Source of the DNA: Solirubrobacterales bacterium
Lineage (GTDB): Bacteria; Actinomycetota; Thermoleophilia; Solirubrobacterales; Solirubrobacteraceae
Assembly (NCBI GenBank): GCA_038232275.1
Contig: JBBSIC010000001.1
Span: forward strand, 40,206-104,205
Length of the DNA stretch: 64,000 nt
Direction: 5' to 3'
The notes beneath the pieces were generated by a model. That model saw only the letters and a program-made list of their open reading frames with translations. It did no database searches and had not been told where the DNA came from. Position numbers and translations under genes: made by a program. This document shows, piece after piece, positions 52,623-61,139 of this stretch; the first letter of the stretch is position 1, and every line of letters begins with the position of its first letter.

Positions 52623-54664
52623 CGCGGCTGAACCCGTACCTGCGCTTCCTGCGCCGCCTGCTCGCAAACCTCCCCAGGCGGGCGTGGCTGACCCTGCGCT
52701 ACCAGGGGCCGAAGGAGACGCTGTACCGGCTCGTGAGCTTCCCGCTGCGGCTGACGCCGCTCGGGCCGCGGCTCGGCCTCGTCACCCGCCTGAGCGACCC
52801 GAGTGCCCCCGCCCGCCTCTGGTATGCCCAGCACGGGCGCCCCGTCGCCGTCGTCATCCCCAGCTACGGTCCGGCCGGGCTCGCGCTGAAGGCCGCGCGC
52901 TCGGTCCGGCGCACGACCGATCCCGCGCGCGTCCGCGTGCTCGTCGCCGACGACGGCTCACCCGCCGCGGAGGTGGAGCGTCTGCGCGCCTCCAAGCACG
53001 TGGACGCCGTCCTCGCCGGCCCCAACGCGGGCTTCGCGGCCAACGCCAACCGCGGCCTGCGCGAGGTGCGCGCGGACGAGGACGCGGTACTGCTGAACTC
53101 CGACGTGATCGCCCACCGCGGCTGGCTCGAGGTGCTCCAGCACGCCGCGTACGAGTCCGGCGGCGCGGACGTCGGCATCACCGGCGCCAAGCTGCTGTAC
53201 CCCGACGACTCGATCCAGTTCGGAGGCGCCGTGCGCAACCCGGACGCGCCGCAGTGGTTCGACCACCGCTTCCGCTTCCGCCCGGCCGACCACCCCGCCT
53301 CCGACGTGCTGCAGCCCGCGCTGGCGGTCACCGGCGCCTGCGCCTACGTCACGCGCGACACGCTCGACGCGGTCGGCCTGCTCGACGAGGCCTACGGCAT
53401 GGCCTACGAGGACGTCGACTACTGCCTGCGCGCCTGGGAGTCGGGCCGGCGCGTGATCTACGCGCCCGCCGCGACGCTCACCCACCACGAGTCCAAGACG
53501 CGCGGATCGGCCCAGGGCACGCGGGAGATCGACTCCCAGCAGCACTTCTGGGACACCTGGGGCGACTGGTTTGACCGCCGCGACGTGCGCGAGGCCGACG
53601 GCGGCGCGCGCATCGTCTACGTGACGCAGGACCTCGGCGTCGGCGGCGGGCACCGCGTCGTCTTCGAGCACCTCGACGGCCTGCTGGACCGCGGCCACCA
53701 CCCGGAGCTGTGGACGCTCGTGGAGGGTCCCCCCGACTGGTATGACCTGCGCGTCCCGATCCGCAGCTTCGCGAGCTACCACGAGCTGCGCGCCGCGCTG
53801 GCGCCCCTGGACGCGATCAAGGTCGCGACCTGGTGGGAGACCGCGCCCCACGTCTGGGAGGCGAGCCTGCGCCGCGGCGTCCCCGTCTACTTCGTGCAGG
53901 ACATCGAGACGACCTACTACCCGGACCGAGACGTCCACGGTCGCGTCTACACGACCTACCGCCCGGAGTTCACGTACCTGACGACGTCGCAGTGGGTCTA
54001 CCGGTCGCTGCTCGACCACGCGCCGTCGGCGACGATCATCTCCCCGGGCGTGGACCTCGAGCGCTGGCGCGCGCTCGAGGGCATGCCGCACTCCGACGAC
54101 GCCATCCTCGGCCTCGGCCGCGGCAACCCGCTGAAGAACTTTCCCCTGACGCGCGCCGCCTACCTCGGCCTCCCCGAGCCGCGCCCGGAGCTGTGGCTCT
54201 ACGGCATCGAGCCGGGTGTGGCGGACGGCATGGGCGACACGGTCACCTACCACCGCAGGCCGTCCGACGCCGAGGTCAACGAGCTGCTCAACCGCGCCGC
54301 CGTCTTCCTGCAGACCTCGCGCCACGAGGGCTTCTGCCTGCCGGTGCTCGAGGCGATGGCGGCCGGCGCGCCAGTCGTGTGCACGGACGCCCACGGCAAC
54401 CGCGACTTCTGCGTCGACGGCGTCAACTGCCTGATGCCGCGCGCCGAGCCGCGCGCGGTGCGGGGGGCGCTCGAGGCGCTCTTGCGCGACGGCGACCTGC
54501 GCGAGCGCCTGCGCGAGGCCGGGCACCGCACGGCCGCCGAGTACGCGCTGGAGCGCAAGCTCGACGAGCTCGACGCCTTCTACCGCGACCTCGCCGAGCG
54601 CCGCGCCTCGGGCGTCATGCCCGATCCGGTCGTGCGCGTCACGGTCGAGGCGAGCACGCGGTGA
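52619..54664 (+). CDS. Two-domain glycosyltransferase: N-terminal GT2 fused to C-terminal GT4 (reverse order to 24453..26402)
   Basis: It has an ATGA overlap with the upstream methyltransferase. The GT2 part is VAVVIPSYG...VLVADDGS...NAGFAANANRG...LLNSDV...EDVDYCLR. The GT4 part is SRHEGFCLPVLEAMAAGAPVVCTD. Confidence 0.85.
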   Translation: MTRLNPYLRFLRRLLANLPRRAWLTLRYQGPKETLYRLVSFPLRLTPLGPRLGLVTRLSDPSAPARLWYAQHGRPVAVVIPSYGPAGLALKAARSVRRTTDPARVRVLVADDGSPAAEVERLRASKHVDAVLAGPNAGFAANANRGLREVRADEDAVLLNSDVIAHRGWLEVLQHAAYESGGADVGITGAKLLYPDDSIQFGGAVRNPDAPQWFDHRFRFRPADHPASDVLQPALAVTGACAYVTRDTLDAVGLLDEAYGMAYEDVDYCLRAWESGRRVIYAPAATLTHHESKTRGSAQGTREIDSQQHFWDTWGDWFDRRDVREADGGARIVYVTQDLGVGGGHRVVFEHLDGLLDRGHHPELWTLVEGPPDWYDLRVPIRSFASYHELRAALAPLDAIKVATWWETAPHVWEASLRRGVPVYFVQDIETTYYPDRDVHGRVYTTYRPEFTYLTTSQWVYRSLLDHAPSATIISPGVDLERWRALEGMPHSDDAILGLGRGNPLKNFPLTRAAYLGLPEPRPELWLYGIEPGVADGMGDTVTYHRRPSDAEVNELLNRAAVFLQTSRHEGFCLPVLEAMAAGAPVVCTDAHGNRDFCVDGVNCLMPRAEPRAVRGALEALLRDGDLRERLREAGHRTAAEYALERKLDELDAFYRDLAERRASGVMPDPVVRVTVEASTR

Positions 54665-54694
54665 GGCGGATCCATCGGAGCCCTCGGTACAGCC

Positions 54695-55168
54695 ATGACA
54701 GAATCGGCTCTCGGGCATCCGATGAAGACTCTCGGCAACATTCTCTGGCTCGTCCTCGGCGGGCTCTTCATGGCAGTCGGCTACGCCCTCTGGGCGCTGC
54801 TGCTGTTCTGTCTCATCGTGACGATCCCGTTCGCAAAGCAGATGCTCAAGCTGGCGGGATACACCCTCTGGCCGTTCGGCAGGACCGTGGTGAAGGGCGA
54901 CGGCAGCGGCGCGGTGTCGGCCTTGGGGAACGTCCTTTGGCTCATCCCCGGCCTCATCATGGCCGTGGGCCACGTGCTCGCGGCGCTGGCGAACGTGGTG
55001 GCGTGTGTCTTCGTCATCACCATCCCGATCTGCCTGCCATTCGCCGTCGCGCACCTCAAGCTCGCGGGACTCGCGCTGAGGCCGTTCAACCGTGAGGTCG
55101 TGGACGAGAGGTCCGCTCACCTGCGGGCGGCGCACGCGCTCGTCACGGTGCCCGACGTGCGGCCGTGA
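54695..55168 (+). CDS. YccF-domain inner membrane protein
   Basis: Two tandem YccF repeats are LGNILWLVLGGLFMAVGY...IPFAKQMLKLAGYTLWPFGR and LGNVLWLIPGLIMAVGH...IPICLPFAVAHLKLAGLALRPFNR. ATG 54722 is an alternative start. The segment is lower in GC. Confidence 0.8.
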   Translation: MTESALGHPMKTLGNILWLVLGGLFMAVGYALWALLLFCLIVTIPFAKQMLKLAGYTLWPFGRTVVKGDGSGAVSALGNVLWLIPGLIMAVGHVLAALANVVACVFVITIPICLPFAVAHLKLAGLALRPFNREVVDERSAHLRAAHALVTVPDVRP

Positions 55169-55249
55169 CCCGGCGTATCCCACGGTGTGCGCAGCCTAGA
55201 CCGCTTACAGCAGGCAAGGTGGGGTAGGTTCGGCCCGCCGCCGACCCAT

Positions 55250-55290
55250 CACGCGCTTAATGGGGGCCATGACCCCAACTACACGCGTCG
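55250..55290. repeat. Copy B of the TAATGGGGGnCAnGACCCC hairpin motif
   Basis: CACGCGCTTAATGGGGGCCATGACCCCAACTACACGCGT lies between convergent YccF (stop 55168) and SUI1 (stop 55439). By my alignment its core matches copy A (15278-15297) at 18 of 20 positions. Confidence 0.4.
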
Positions 55291-55370
55291 TCGCTCCACG
55301 CCTGGGCGGGTGAGTGCCCGCGGCTGGTCGAAACTGATCCCTACCCAGCCCAAGCCGTAATCGGCTCACC

Positions 55371-55422
55371 GAGGTCGCTGCGCCTCGTGGTCGCCAGAGC
55401 GACCAATTCGCGCAGCGACCTC
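55371..55422 (-). terminator. Nested hairpin downstream of the SUI1/wzm/wzt transcription unit
   Basis: GAGGTCGCTGCGC...GCGCAGCGACCTC is a 13-bp perfect inverted repeat. It encloses GGTCGC-caga-GCGACC and starts about 17 nt after the SUI1 stop on the minus strand. Confidence 0.5.
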
Positions 55423-55438
55423 GCCTCGCCCCGGCCGC

Positions 55439-55765
55439 CTAACCGCCCGCCAGCACGGCCTTGTACCCCTCGCCGCGCAGCACCTCGAGAACGACGTCGC
55501 GGTGATCGCCCTGCAACTCGATCACGCCGGCCTTGACCGAGCCGCCGACGCCGCAGCGCTTCTTCAGCCGCCCGGCGAGCTCCTTCAGCGCCGCGTCGTC
55601 GACCGGGACGCCGCTCACGGTGGTGACGGCCCTGCCGCGCCGGCCGGAGGTCTCCCGGCGCACCTTGACCGGTCCCTCGCTGGCCAGGCGCGCCTTGAGC
55701 TGCGGGTCGCGCGCCTTGCGCAGATCGCCGTCGGTGGTCGAGTAGACGACGCGGCGGCCCGCCAC
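55439..55765 (-). CDS. SUI1/YciH family translation initiation factor homolog
   Basis: VRRETSGRRGRAVTTVSGVPVDDAALKELAGRLKKRCGVGGSVKAGVIELQGDHRDVVLEVL is present. The GTG start shares one base with the upstream TAG (TAGTG). Confidence 0.9.
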   Translation of the reverse strand: MAGRRVVYSTTDGDLRKARDPQLKARLASEGPVKVRRETSGRRGRAVTTVSGVPVDDAALKELAGRLKKRCGVGGSVKAGVIELQGDHRDVVLEVLRGEGYKAVLAGG

Positions 55766-56625
55766 TACAGCTCCTCGGCCACTTCGGGTGCCATGCGGTT
55801 GAACACATAAAAGCCGAGGCCGAAGACCACGAACGTGATGCCGATCGGGATGGCGAGCAGGGGCGCTCCGCCGATCGCGTCCGCGGCGCTCGGCGAGGCA
55901 GGGTCAAAGACGGAGTGGCGGATCTGCTGCACGACGGCCGACATCGGGTTGCTCATGACGATCGGCCTGGCCCAGCCGGGCACGCGCTCGATCGAGTAGA
56001 TGATCGGGATGGCGTAGAAGCTCGCCTGCAGCACGACGTCCCAGATCGGCTGCACGTCGCGGTAGCGGACGAACAGGGCCGAGAGCAGCATGGCGAGCCC
56101 GGTGACGTAGACCAGCATCATCGCGATGGCGGGGATCGCGACGAGCCAGTTCAGCGTGACGGGCACGTGCCCGATGACCATGAAGACGGCGATCGCCACC
56201 GAGTTGACCGCGAGGACGAGGCCGGCGCTGACCACGACCGAGAGCGGGATCACGATGCGCGGGAAGTGGATCTTGCGCACGAGGTTCTCGCGGGCGAGGA
56301 CCGCCCCGACCGAGCCGCCGGTGCACTCGCCGAAGAACTGAAAGAGCATGATCCCGGTCAGCAGCGTGGGCGGGTAGTACTTGACGTCGTTGCCGATCGG
56401 CAGGATCTCGACGAAGACCACGTAGTAGACGCCGAACATCAAAAGCGGCCGCCCGAGCTGCCAGATGTAGCCGAGCACGGTCCCAAAAAAGCGCAGCCGG
56501 AACTCCAGGTAGGCGAGCGTCCAGGTCAGCGCGGCGGCGCGGCGCCAGTCGCCGGTCAGCGCCGACGGTCCGTACATGCGCTGGCCGCCGGCCGCGCGGA
56601 TCCGCTCGATGTCGACGACGCTCAT
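55765..56625 (-). CDS. wzm: ABC-2 type polysaccharide/teichoic-acid export permease
   Basis: The start is MSVVDIERI (ATG 56625). LAYLEFRLRFFGTVLGYIWQLGRPLLMF...KIHFPR... is present. It has six TM segments and overlaps wzt by 4 nt. Confidence 0.85.
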   Translation of the reverse strand: MSVVDIERIRAAGGQRMYGPSALTGDWRRAAALTWTLAYLEFRLRFFGTVLGYIWQLGRPLLMFGVYYVVFVEILPIGNDVKYYPPTLLTGIMLFQFFGECTGGSVGAVLARENLVRKIHFPRIVIPLSVVVSAGLVLAVNSVAIAVFMVIGHVPVTLNWLVAIPAIAMMLVYVTGLAMLLSALFVRYRDVQPIWDVVLQASFYAIPIIYSIERVPGWARPIVMSNPMSAVVQQIRHSVFDPASPSAADAIGGAPLLAIPIGITFVVFGLGFYVFNRMAPEVAEEL

Positions 56626-57863
56626 GTGCTCACGCCCTCTTCGACGAGGTCGAAGGTCAGGTCGTGCTCGAGGTCGACGATGCCGCCGGTCTCCCGCGTC
56701 CCGGTGACCAGGAAGGTCGTCATGCCCGGGTAGCGGTCGCAGATCTCCTGGCCCGAGCCGCGCCGGGAGACCGTCGGCGTGACGAAGTAGCGGCCGGGGG
56801 TGAGCTGGTTTGCAAAGCGGATGCTCAGGCGCGCGTGCTCGCCGGCACTGAAGCCGCCGGTGCGCTCCGCGGTCCAGACCGTGCTGGTGGCGAACACGGG
56901 GCGGTGGTCGGCGCTCTCGATCGTGATGCCCACCGCGGGATCCTCGACGTCTGAGTAGAACTCGACCGTCGCCTTGAGCATCGTCTCCTGGCCCTGCGGG
57001 ATGACCTCGAGCGGCTCGCCGTCCGGGGTCTGAAACCACATCTGCGTGAAGCGCGCGGACCCGTCGCCGAAGCGGTCGCGCGACGCCGACTCGGGGATTC
57101 CGTCGTCCTGCGCGGAGTCGTTGTGGAAGTTCATGTCGAGGTAGTGCTCGCCGACGAGGATCGGGTCCCCCTCGCGCACCGTGACCCCGCGCTCCATGAG
57201 CATCGCGCGGTCGCAGAAGCGGCGCACCGCGCCCATGTCGTGCGTCACCAGCACGATCGTCTTCGCCTCGTCGCGCAGCCGGTTGAACTGGTCGTAGCAC
57301 TTCTGCTGAAAGGACGCGTCGCCGACCGCGAGCACCTCGTCGATCAGCAGCACGTCGGCGTCGACCTGGATCATCACGGCGAAGGCGAGCCGGACGTGCA
57401 TCCCGCTGGAGTAGTTCTTGAGCTTGACCGTCTCGTACTCCTGCAGCTCGGCGAACTCGATGACGCGCTCGTAGCGCTCGCGGGCCTCCCTGGGGGTCAG
57501 GCCGAGCATGATGCCGTTGAGGATCACGTTGTCGCGGGCGGCGAGGTCGGGGTTGAAGCCGACGCCGAGCTCGATGAAGGTCGACATGCGCCCGCGGGTC
57601 CAGATCTCCCCGTCGTTGGCCTGGTAGATGCCCGCCATCAGCTTGAGCAGCGTGCTCTTGCCCGATCCGTTGCGGCCGACGATCCCGAAGAACTCGCCCT
57701 CCTCGACGGTGAAGGTCGCGTCGCGGACGGCGGTGAACTGGTCGAAGTTGCGCCCGCGGAACGGGTGCAGCGCCCGCTCCTTGAAGGTGTGCATCTGCTC
57801 CTCAGGGCGGCGGAAGTGCTTGGTGACTCCGTCCACCACGATGGCGGGTGTCCGGCCGCTCAT
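56622..57863 (-). CDS. wzt: Polysaccharide export ABC transporter ATP-binding protein with a roughly 160-aa C-terminal extension (Wzt_C-like putative glycan-binding domain)
   Basis: Walker A is GRNGSGKST, the signature is YSSGMHVRL, and Walker B is VLLIDEVLAVGD. A beta-rich tail follows (…ARFTQMWFQTPDGEPLEVIPQGQETMLKATVEF…GRYFVTPTVSRRG…). Confidence 0.9.
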   Translation of the reverse strand: MSGRTPAIVVDGVTKHFRRPEEQMHTFKERALHPFRGRNFDQFTAVRDATFTVEEGEFFGIVGRNGSGKSTLLKLMAGIYQANDGEIWTRGRMSTFIELGVGFNPDLAARDNVILNGIMLGLTPREARERYERVIEFAELQEYETVKLKNYSSGMHVRLAFAVMIQVDADVLLIDEVLAVGDASFQQKCYDQFNRLRDEAKTIVLVTHDMGAVRRFCDRAMLMERGVTVREGDPILVGEHYLDMNFHNDSAQDDGIPESASRDRFGDGSARFTQMWFQTPDGEPLEVIPQGQETMLKATVEFYSDVEDPAVGITIESADHRPVFATSTVWTAERTGGFSAGEHARLSIRFANQLTPGRYFVTPTVSRRGSGQEICDRYPGMTTFLVTGTRETGGIVDLEHDLTFDLVEEGVST

Positions 57864-57889
57864 GATCGGACGATCCTAGCCTCGCCCGT

Positions 57890-59869
57890 GTGCGCGCCAG
57901 CGTCGTCATCCCCACGCTGAACCGGGCGAAGAGCCTGCACGACACGCTCGACGGACTGCGGCGCCAGACGTTTGCGCACTTCGAGGTGATCGTGGTCAAC
58001 GGGCCGTCGACCGACGGGACGCGCGAGCTGCTCGCCGGCCTTGAAGATGTGCGGGTCGTGGAGAACCGCGAGCGCAACCTGTCGCGCTCGCGCAACCTTG
58101 GTGTCGCCGCCGCGGCCGGGGACGTCGTGGCGTTCATCGACGACGACGCGATCCCCGAGTCGCGCTGGCTGGAGCAGCTCGTCGCCCCGCTGGAGCTCGA
58201 TCCCCGCCTCGCGGCCACCGGGGGCCTCGTGCTCGACAACAGCGGCGTCCGCGTCCAGTGGCGCCATCTGGTCAGCTCGCGGGCCGGGGAGCAGGACTTC
58301 GACCAGGTGCCGCCGCTGGAGCGCTTCGTGGCGCCCGGCGCGGATCCGTTCCTGTACGTCGCCGGGGGATGCAGCGCGTTCCGGCGAGCGGCGCTCGTCG
58401 AGATCGGGGGCTTCGACGAGGAGATCGAATACAACTTCGACGAGACCGAGGCGTGCCTGCGCCTGCTCGACGCCGGCTGGCGGCTCGAGTCGCTCGATGC
58501 GGCGGTGGTCCACCACCGCTTCCTGCCCTCCCACCAGCGCTCGTCCGTGGCCTTCACCGACCCGTTTTATGAGGTCAAGAACCGCGTCTACTTCGGTCTG
58601 GCCAACGGCACGCGCGGGCGCGCGTCCTGGGAGGTCCTGGCGAGCGTCAACCTGTTCCTCAGCCGGCTCAAGGCCGGCGCGCGCGACGCCGCCGCGCACG
58701 GCCGGCTCGACCCGGTGGACCTCGCCCACTACCTCGGCCGGGCCGACGCGGGCTTTCACTCCGGCCTCCAGCGCGGCCTGCGCGCACGCCGGCGCGGCGT
58801 CGCGGTGCCGGCGCCGGACCCGTCGGCGTTCGTCGCCTACCGCAGCGCCGGGACGGGGGAGCGTGCCGTTCTTGTCGCCGACCTTCCCGGCGCGCGTGCG
58901 CGCGCCGACGCCGGCGACGAGGTCCATCTGCTGCTCCCCGAGCCGGCCGGCACGCCGTACCGCGTCGACTACGACGCCGGCGTCTGGGTGCGCCACGTGC
59001 CGGTTAACCCGCGCTGGCTGCCGGGCGTCTCACACCGTGGCGCGGCCGAGCTCGAGGCGGCGCTGGCCGGCGCGCGCGCGGACGTCGAGGGCACGGCGGA
59101 TCGCCGGCGCTTCCCCGTCGACTGGGAGTATGAGGCGCGCATGGTGCTCGCCGAGCACGAGCCGGATGCCCTCGTCGAGGCCGCCTACCGGCGGCTGCTC
59201 GGACGGGCGCCGGATGCCATCGGCCGCGAGATCGCGCGGGCCGACCTGCTGCACCGCGGAACGCCCCAGGAGCTCGTGCGCCGGATGGCCCGGTCGGCGG
59301 AGGGGCGCGGGCGGGGGATCGACCCGGACCTGCACCTGCCCAGCGTGCCGGCCGCCGAGGCGCGGGGCCGCCTGCGCGCCGCGTGGCTGCGCGACGACGC
59401 GGCGTTCGCCCGCGAGGTCTGCGCGCTGCTTCTCGGCGACGAGGCGCGCGCTGCGCCGGTGGACGTGGGCGACCGCGGCGCCTTCGTGCGCGCGCTCGCG
59501 GCCCGCCCGCAGGCGCTCGACCGCGTGGCGGGCGCGGACCGGCTCCCGCCGGACGGGGTCCGCACCGCTCCCGAGCTGCGCGCCGAGCTCGACCGGCTCG
59601 CCGGCGCGGCCGACGCGGCGTTCGTCGACGGGCTCTACCGGCTGCTGCTCGGCCGCGACGCCGACCCGGACGGCGCCGCGGCGTACGTTGGCGGGCTGCG
59701 GGCCGGGCGGGCGCGGGCATCGGTCGTCCAGGAGATCGCCTCCTCGCACGAGGCGGCCGGCTACGGCAGCGCCCCCGACGTCGTCGCCGCGCACCTGCGG
59801 GCCAGCGCGGCCTTCCGGCCGCGCCTAGTCCAGCGCGCGCGGAGCGTGCTCAGGCGCGCTCGCGACTGA
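57890..59869 (+). CDS. GT2 family glycosyltransferase fused to a C-terminal region with two DUF4214-like repeats
   Basis: The GT2 part is ASVVIPTLNR...VIVVNGPSTDGT...RNLGVAAAAGDVVAFIDDDA. The DUF4214-like repeats are LVEAAYRRLLGRAPDAIG...LVRRMARSAE and FVDGLYRLLLGRDADPDGAAAYVGGL...VVQEIASSHE. Confidence 0.8.
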   Translation: MRASVVIPTLNRAKSLHDTLDGLRRQTFAHFEVIVVNGPSTDGTRELLAGLEDVRVVENRERNLSRSRNLGVAAAAGDVVAFIDDDAIPESRWLEQLVAPLELDPRLAATGGLVLDNSGVRVQWRHLVSSRAGEQDFDQVPPLERFVAPGADPFLYVAGGCSAFRRAALVEIGGFDEEIEYNFDETEACLRLLDAGWRLESLDAAVVHHRFLPSHQRSSVAFTDPFYEVKNRVYFGLANGTRGRASWEVLASVNLFLSRLKAGARDAAAHGRLDPVDLAHYLGRADAGFHSGLQRGLRARRRGVAVPAPDPSAFVAYRSAGTGERAVLVADLPGARARADAGDEVHLLLPEPAGTPYRVDYDAGVWVRHVPVNPRWLPGVSHRGAAELEAALAGARADVEGTADRRRFPVDWEYEARMVLAEHEPDALVEAAYRRLLGRAPDAIGREIARADLLHRGTPQELVRRMARSAEGRGRGIDPDLHLPSVPAAEARGRLRAAWLRDDAAFAREVCALLLGDEARAAPVDVGDRGAFVRALAARPQALDRVAGADRLPPDGVRTAPELRAELDRLAGAADAAFVDGLYRLLLGRDADPDGAAAYVGGLRAGRARASVVQEIASSHEAAGYGSAPDVVAAHLRASAAFRPRLVQRARSVLRRARD

Positions 59870-60679
59870 GAGCAGCCACCGGGCGACCTCCTCACCGGCG
59901 ATGCGCGAGCCGAGCGCGTTGAGGTTGACCCGGTTGGCCCCTCGGGCGCGCGCACGGTGGGGGGCGAGCAGCTCGTCGACCTCGATGACCTGCGCGCCTG
60001 CGGCGGTCGCGGCCGCGCGCACATCGGCCTGGAGCCGCCGCTCGGTCGCCCGGCGGCCGCGGGAGTGCACGAGCAGCGCCGGCACGGGCAGGACCCCCAC
60101 CGGCGCCTGCGGGAACGTCTTTCCGGTGGCCGCCAGGAAGGCCGCCAGGGCATCCGGCCCCCGGTACGGGACGAGGTCCTTCGCGAGCGTCTTGACGATC
60201 GGGTCGCTGGCCCGGAGGGCGAGGTGCGCGTGCCTGCCCATGCGCCGCCCGATGTCCGTCCGGAGCCGGTCGAGGAACGGGTTGCTGGGCAGGAGCCGGC
60301 GGGAGTAGTGGACGCTCCCGGTCGCCACGACGATCGCGTCGGGCGGGCCGCTCAGGCGCAGCCACCGCGTCAGCGCCTCGGGGTCGCCGGGGAGCGCGTC
60401 GAGGCTGGCGACCGTGACCACGGAGATCTCGAGGCCGATGCCCTGCGCGACGAGCCGCTCGGCGACGACGCGCGGCCAGCCCGGCGGCGTGTGGGTGCCG
60501 TGCGCGTGCTCCATCTCGCGCCAGCCGCAGTCGGCGTAGAGCGCGAGCCGCAGCGTGGGCAGGCCCGCAGGCGCGATCCCGCGCCAGCGGCGCGTTGGGT
60601 CGGGGACGTGCGGGCCGAGGATCTGATGCCGCGCGCGTCGCAGCGTGGTCCGAGCCGTCTCCCGGGTGACCGATGGCAT
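59825..60679 (-). CDS. Hypothetical protein with SGNH/GDSL-hydrolase-like block pattern but substituted catalytic residues (tentative)
   Basis: LRLALYADCGW sits where block I GDS is expected. VVATGSVHYS sits where block III GxND is expected. NRVNLNALGSRIAGE sits where block V DxxHxN..G is expected. This weak resemblance is the only basis for the call. Confidence 0.4.
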   Translation of the reverse strand: MPSVTRETARTTLRRARHQILGPHVPDPTRRWRGIAPAGLPTLRLALYADCGWREMEHAHGTHTPPGWPRVVAERLVAQGIGLEISVVTVASLDALPGDPEALTRWLRLSGPPDAIVVATGSVHYSRRLLPSNPFLDRLRTDIGRRMGRHAHLALRASDPIVKTLAKDLVPYRGPDALAAFLAATGKTFPQAPVGVLPVPALLVHSRGRRATERRLQADVRAAATAAGAQVIEVDELLAPHRARARGANRVNLNALGSRIAGEEVARWLLSVASAPEHAPRALD

Positions 60680-60719
60680 CGCGCCGGAGATTAGGCGCTT
60701 TCGCCTAGCGTTCTCGTGG

Positions 60720-61139
60720 ATGGTCCTTCCCCGCGCCCTCGCCCTGGACCCTCCGCGCGACCACCGCGAGGAGATGCTGCGCTTCCTCGTCGTCGGCGGT
60801 TGCGGGTACGTGCTGGCGATGGGCTTCTACGCGCTGGAGATCGCGGTCGGCGTGTCCGCATACGTGGCCGTGCCCCCGGTCTTCGTCTTCAACGGCCTGT
60901 TCAACTTCACCCTCAACCGGCTGTGGTCCTTCCCGCGCAGCGGCCGGCCCGTGCACCACGAGCTAGGCCGGTTCGCGATCGTGGCGGCGGTCTCCCTGGT
61001 CGTCAACTACGCGACGCTCTACCTGCTGCACGACGCGGCCGGCATGGCCGCGGTGCCCGCGCAAGCGCTGGCGATCATCGCCGCCGTGCCCGTGGGCTTC
61101 TTGGGCAACAAGTTCTTCTCCTTCGGGACGGCGCGATGA
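60720..61139 (+). CDS. GtrA family membrane protein (lipid-linked sugar translocation-associated)
   Basis: MLRFLVVGGCGYVLAMGFY...NFTLNRLWSF...LGNKFFSF is present, with four TM segments. The start is ambiguous (60720 or 60774). Confidence 0.8.
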   Translation: MVLPRALALDPPRDHREEMLRFLVVGGCGYVLAMGFYALEIAVGVSAYVAVPPVFVFNGLFNFTLNRLWSFPRSGRPVHHELGRFAIVAAVSLVVNYATLYLLHDAAGMAAVPAQALAIIAAVPVGFLGNKFFSFGTAR

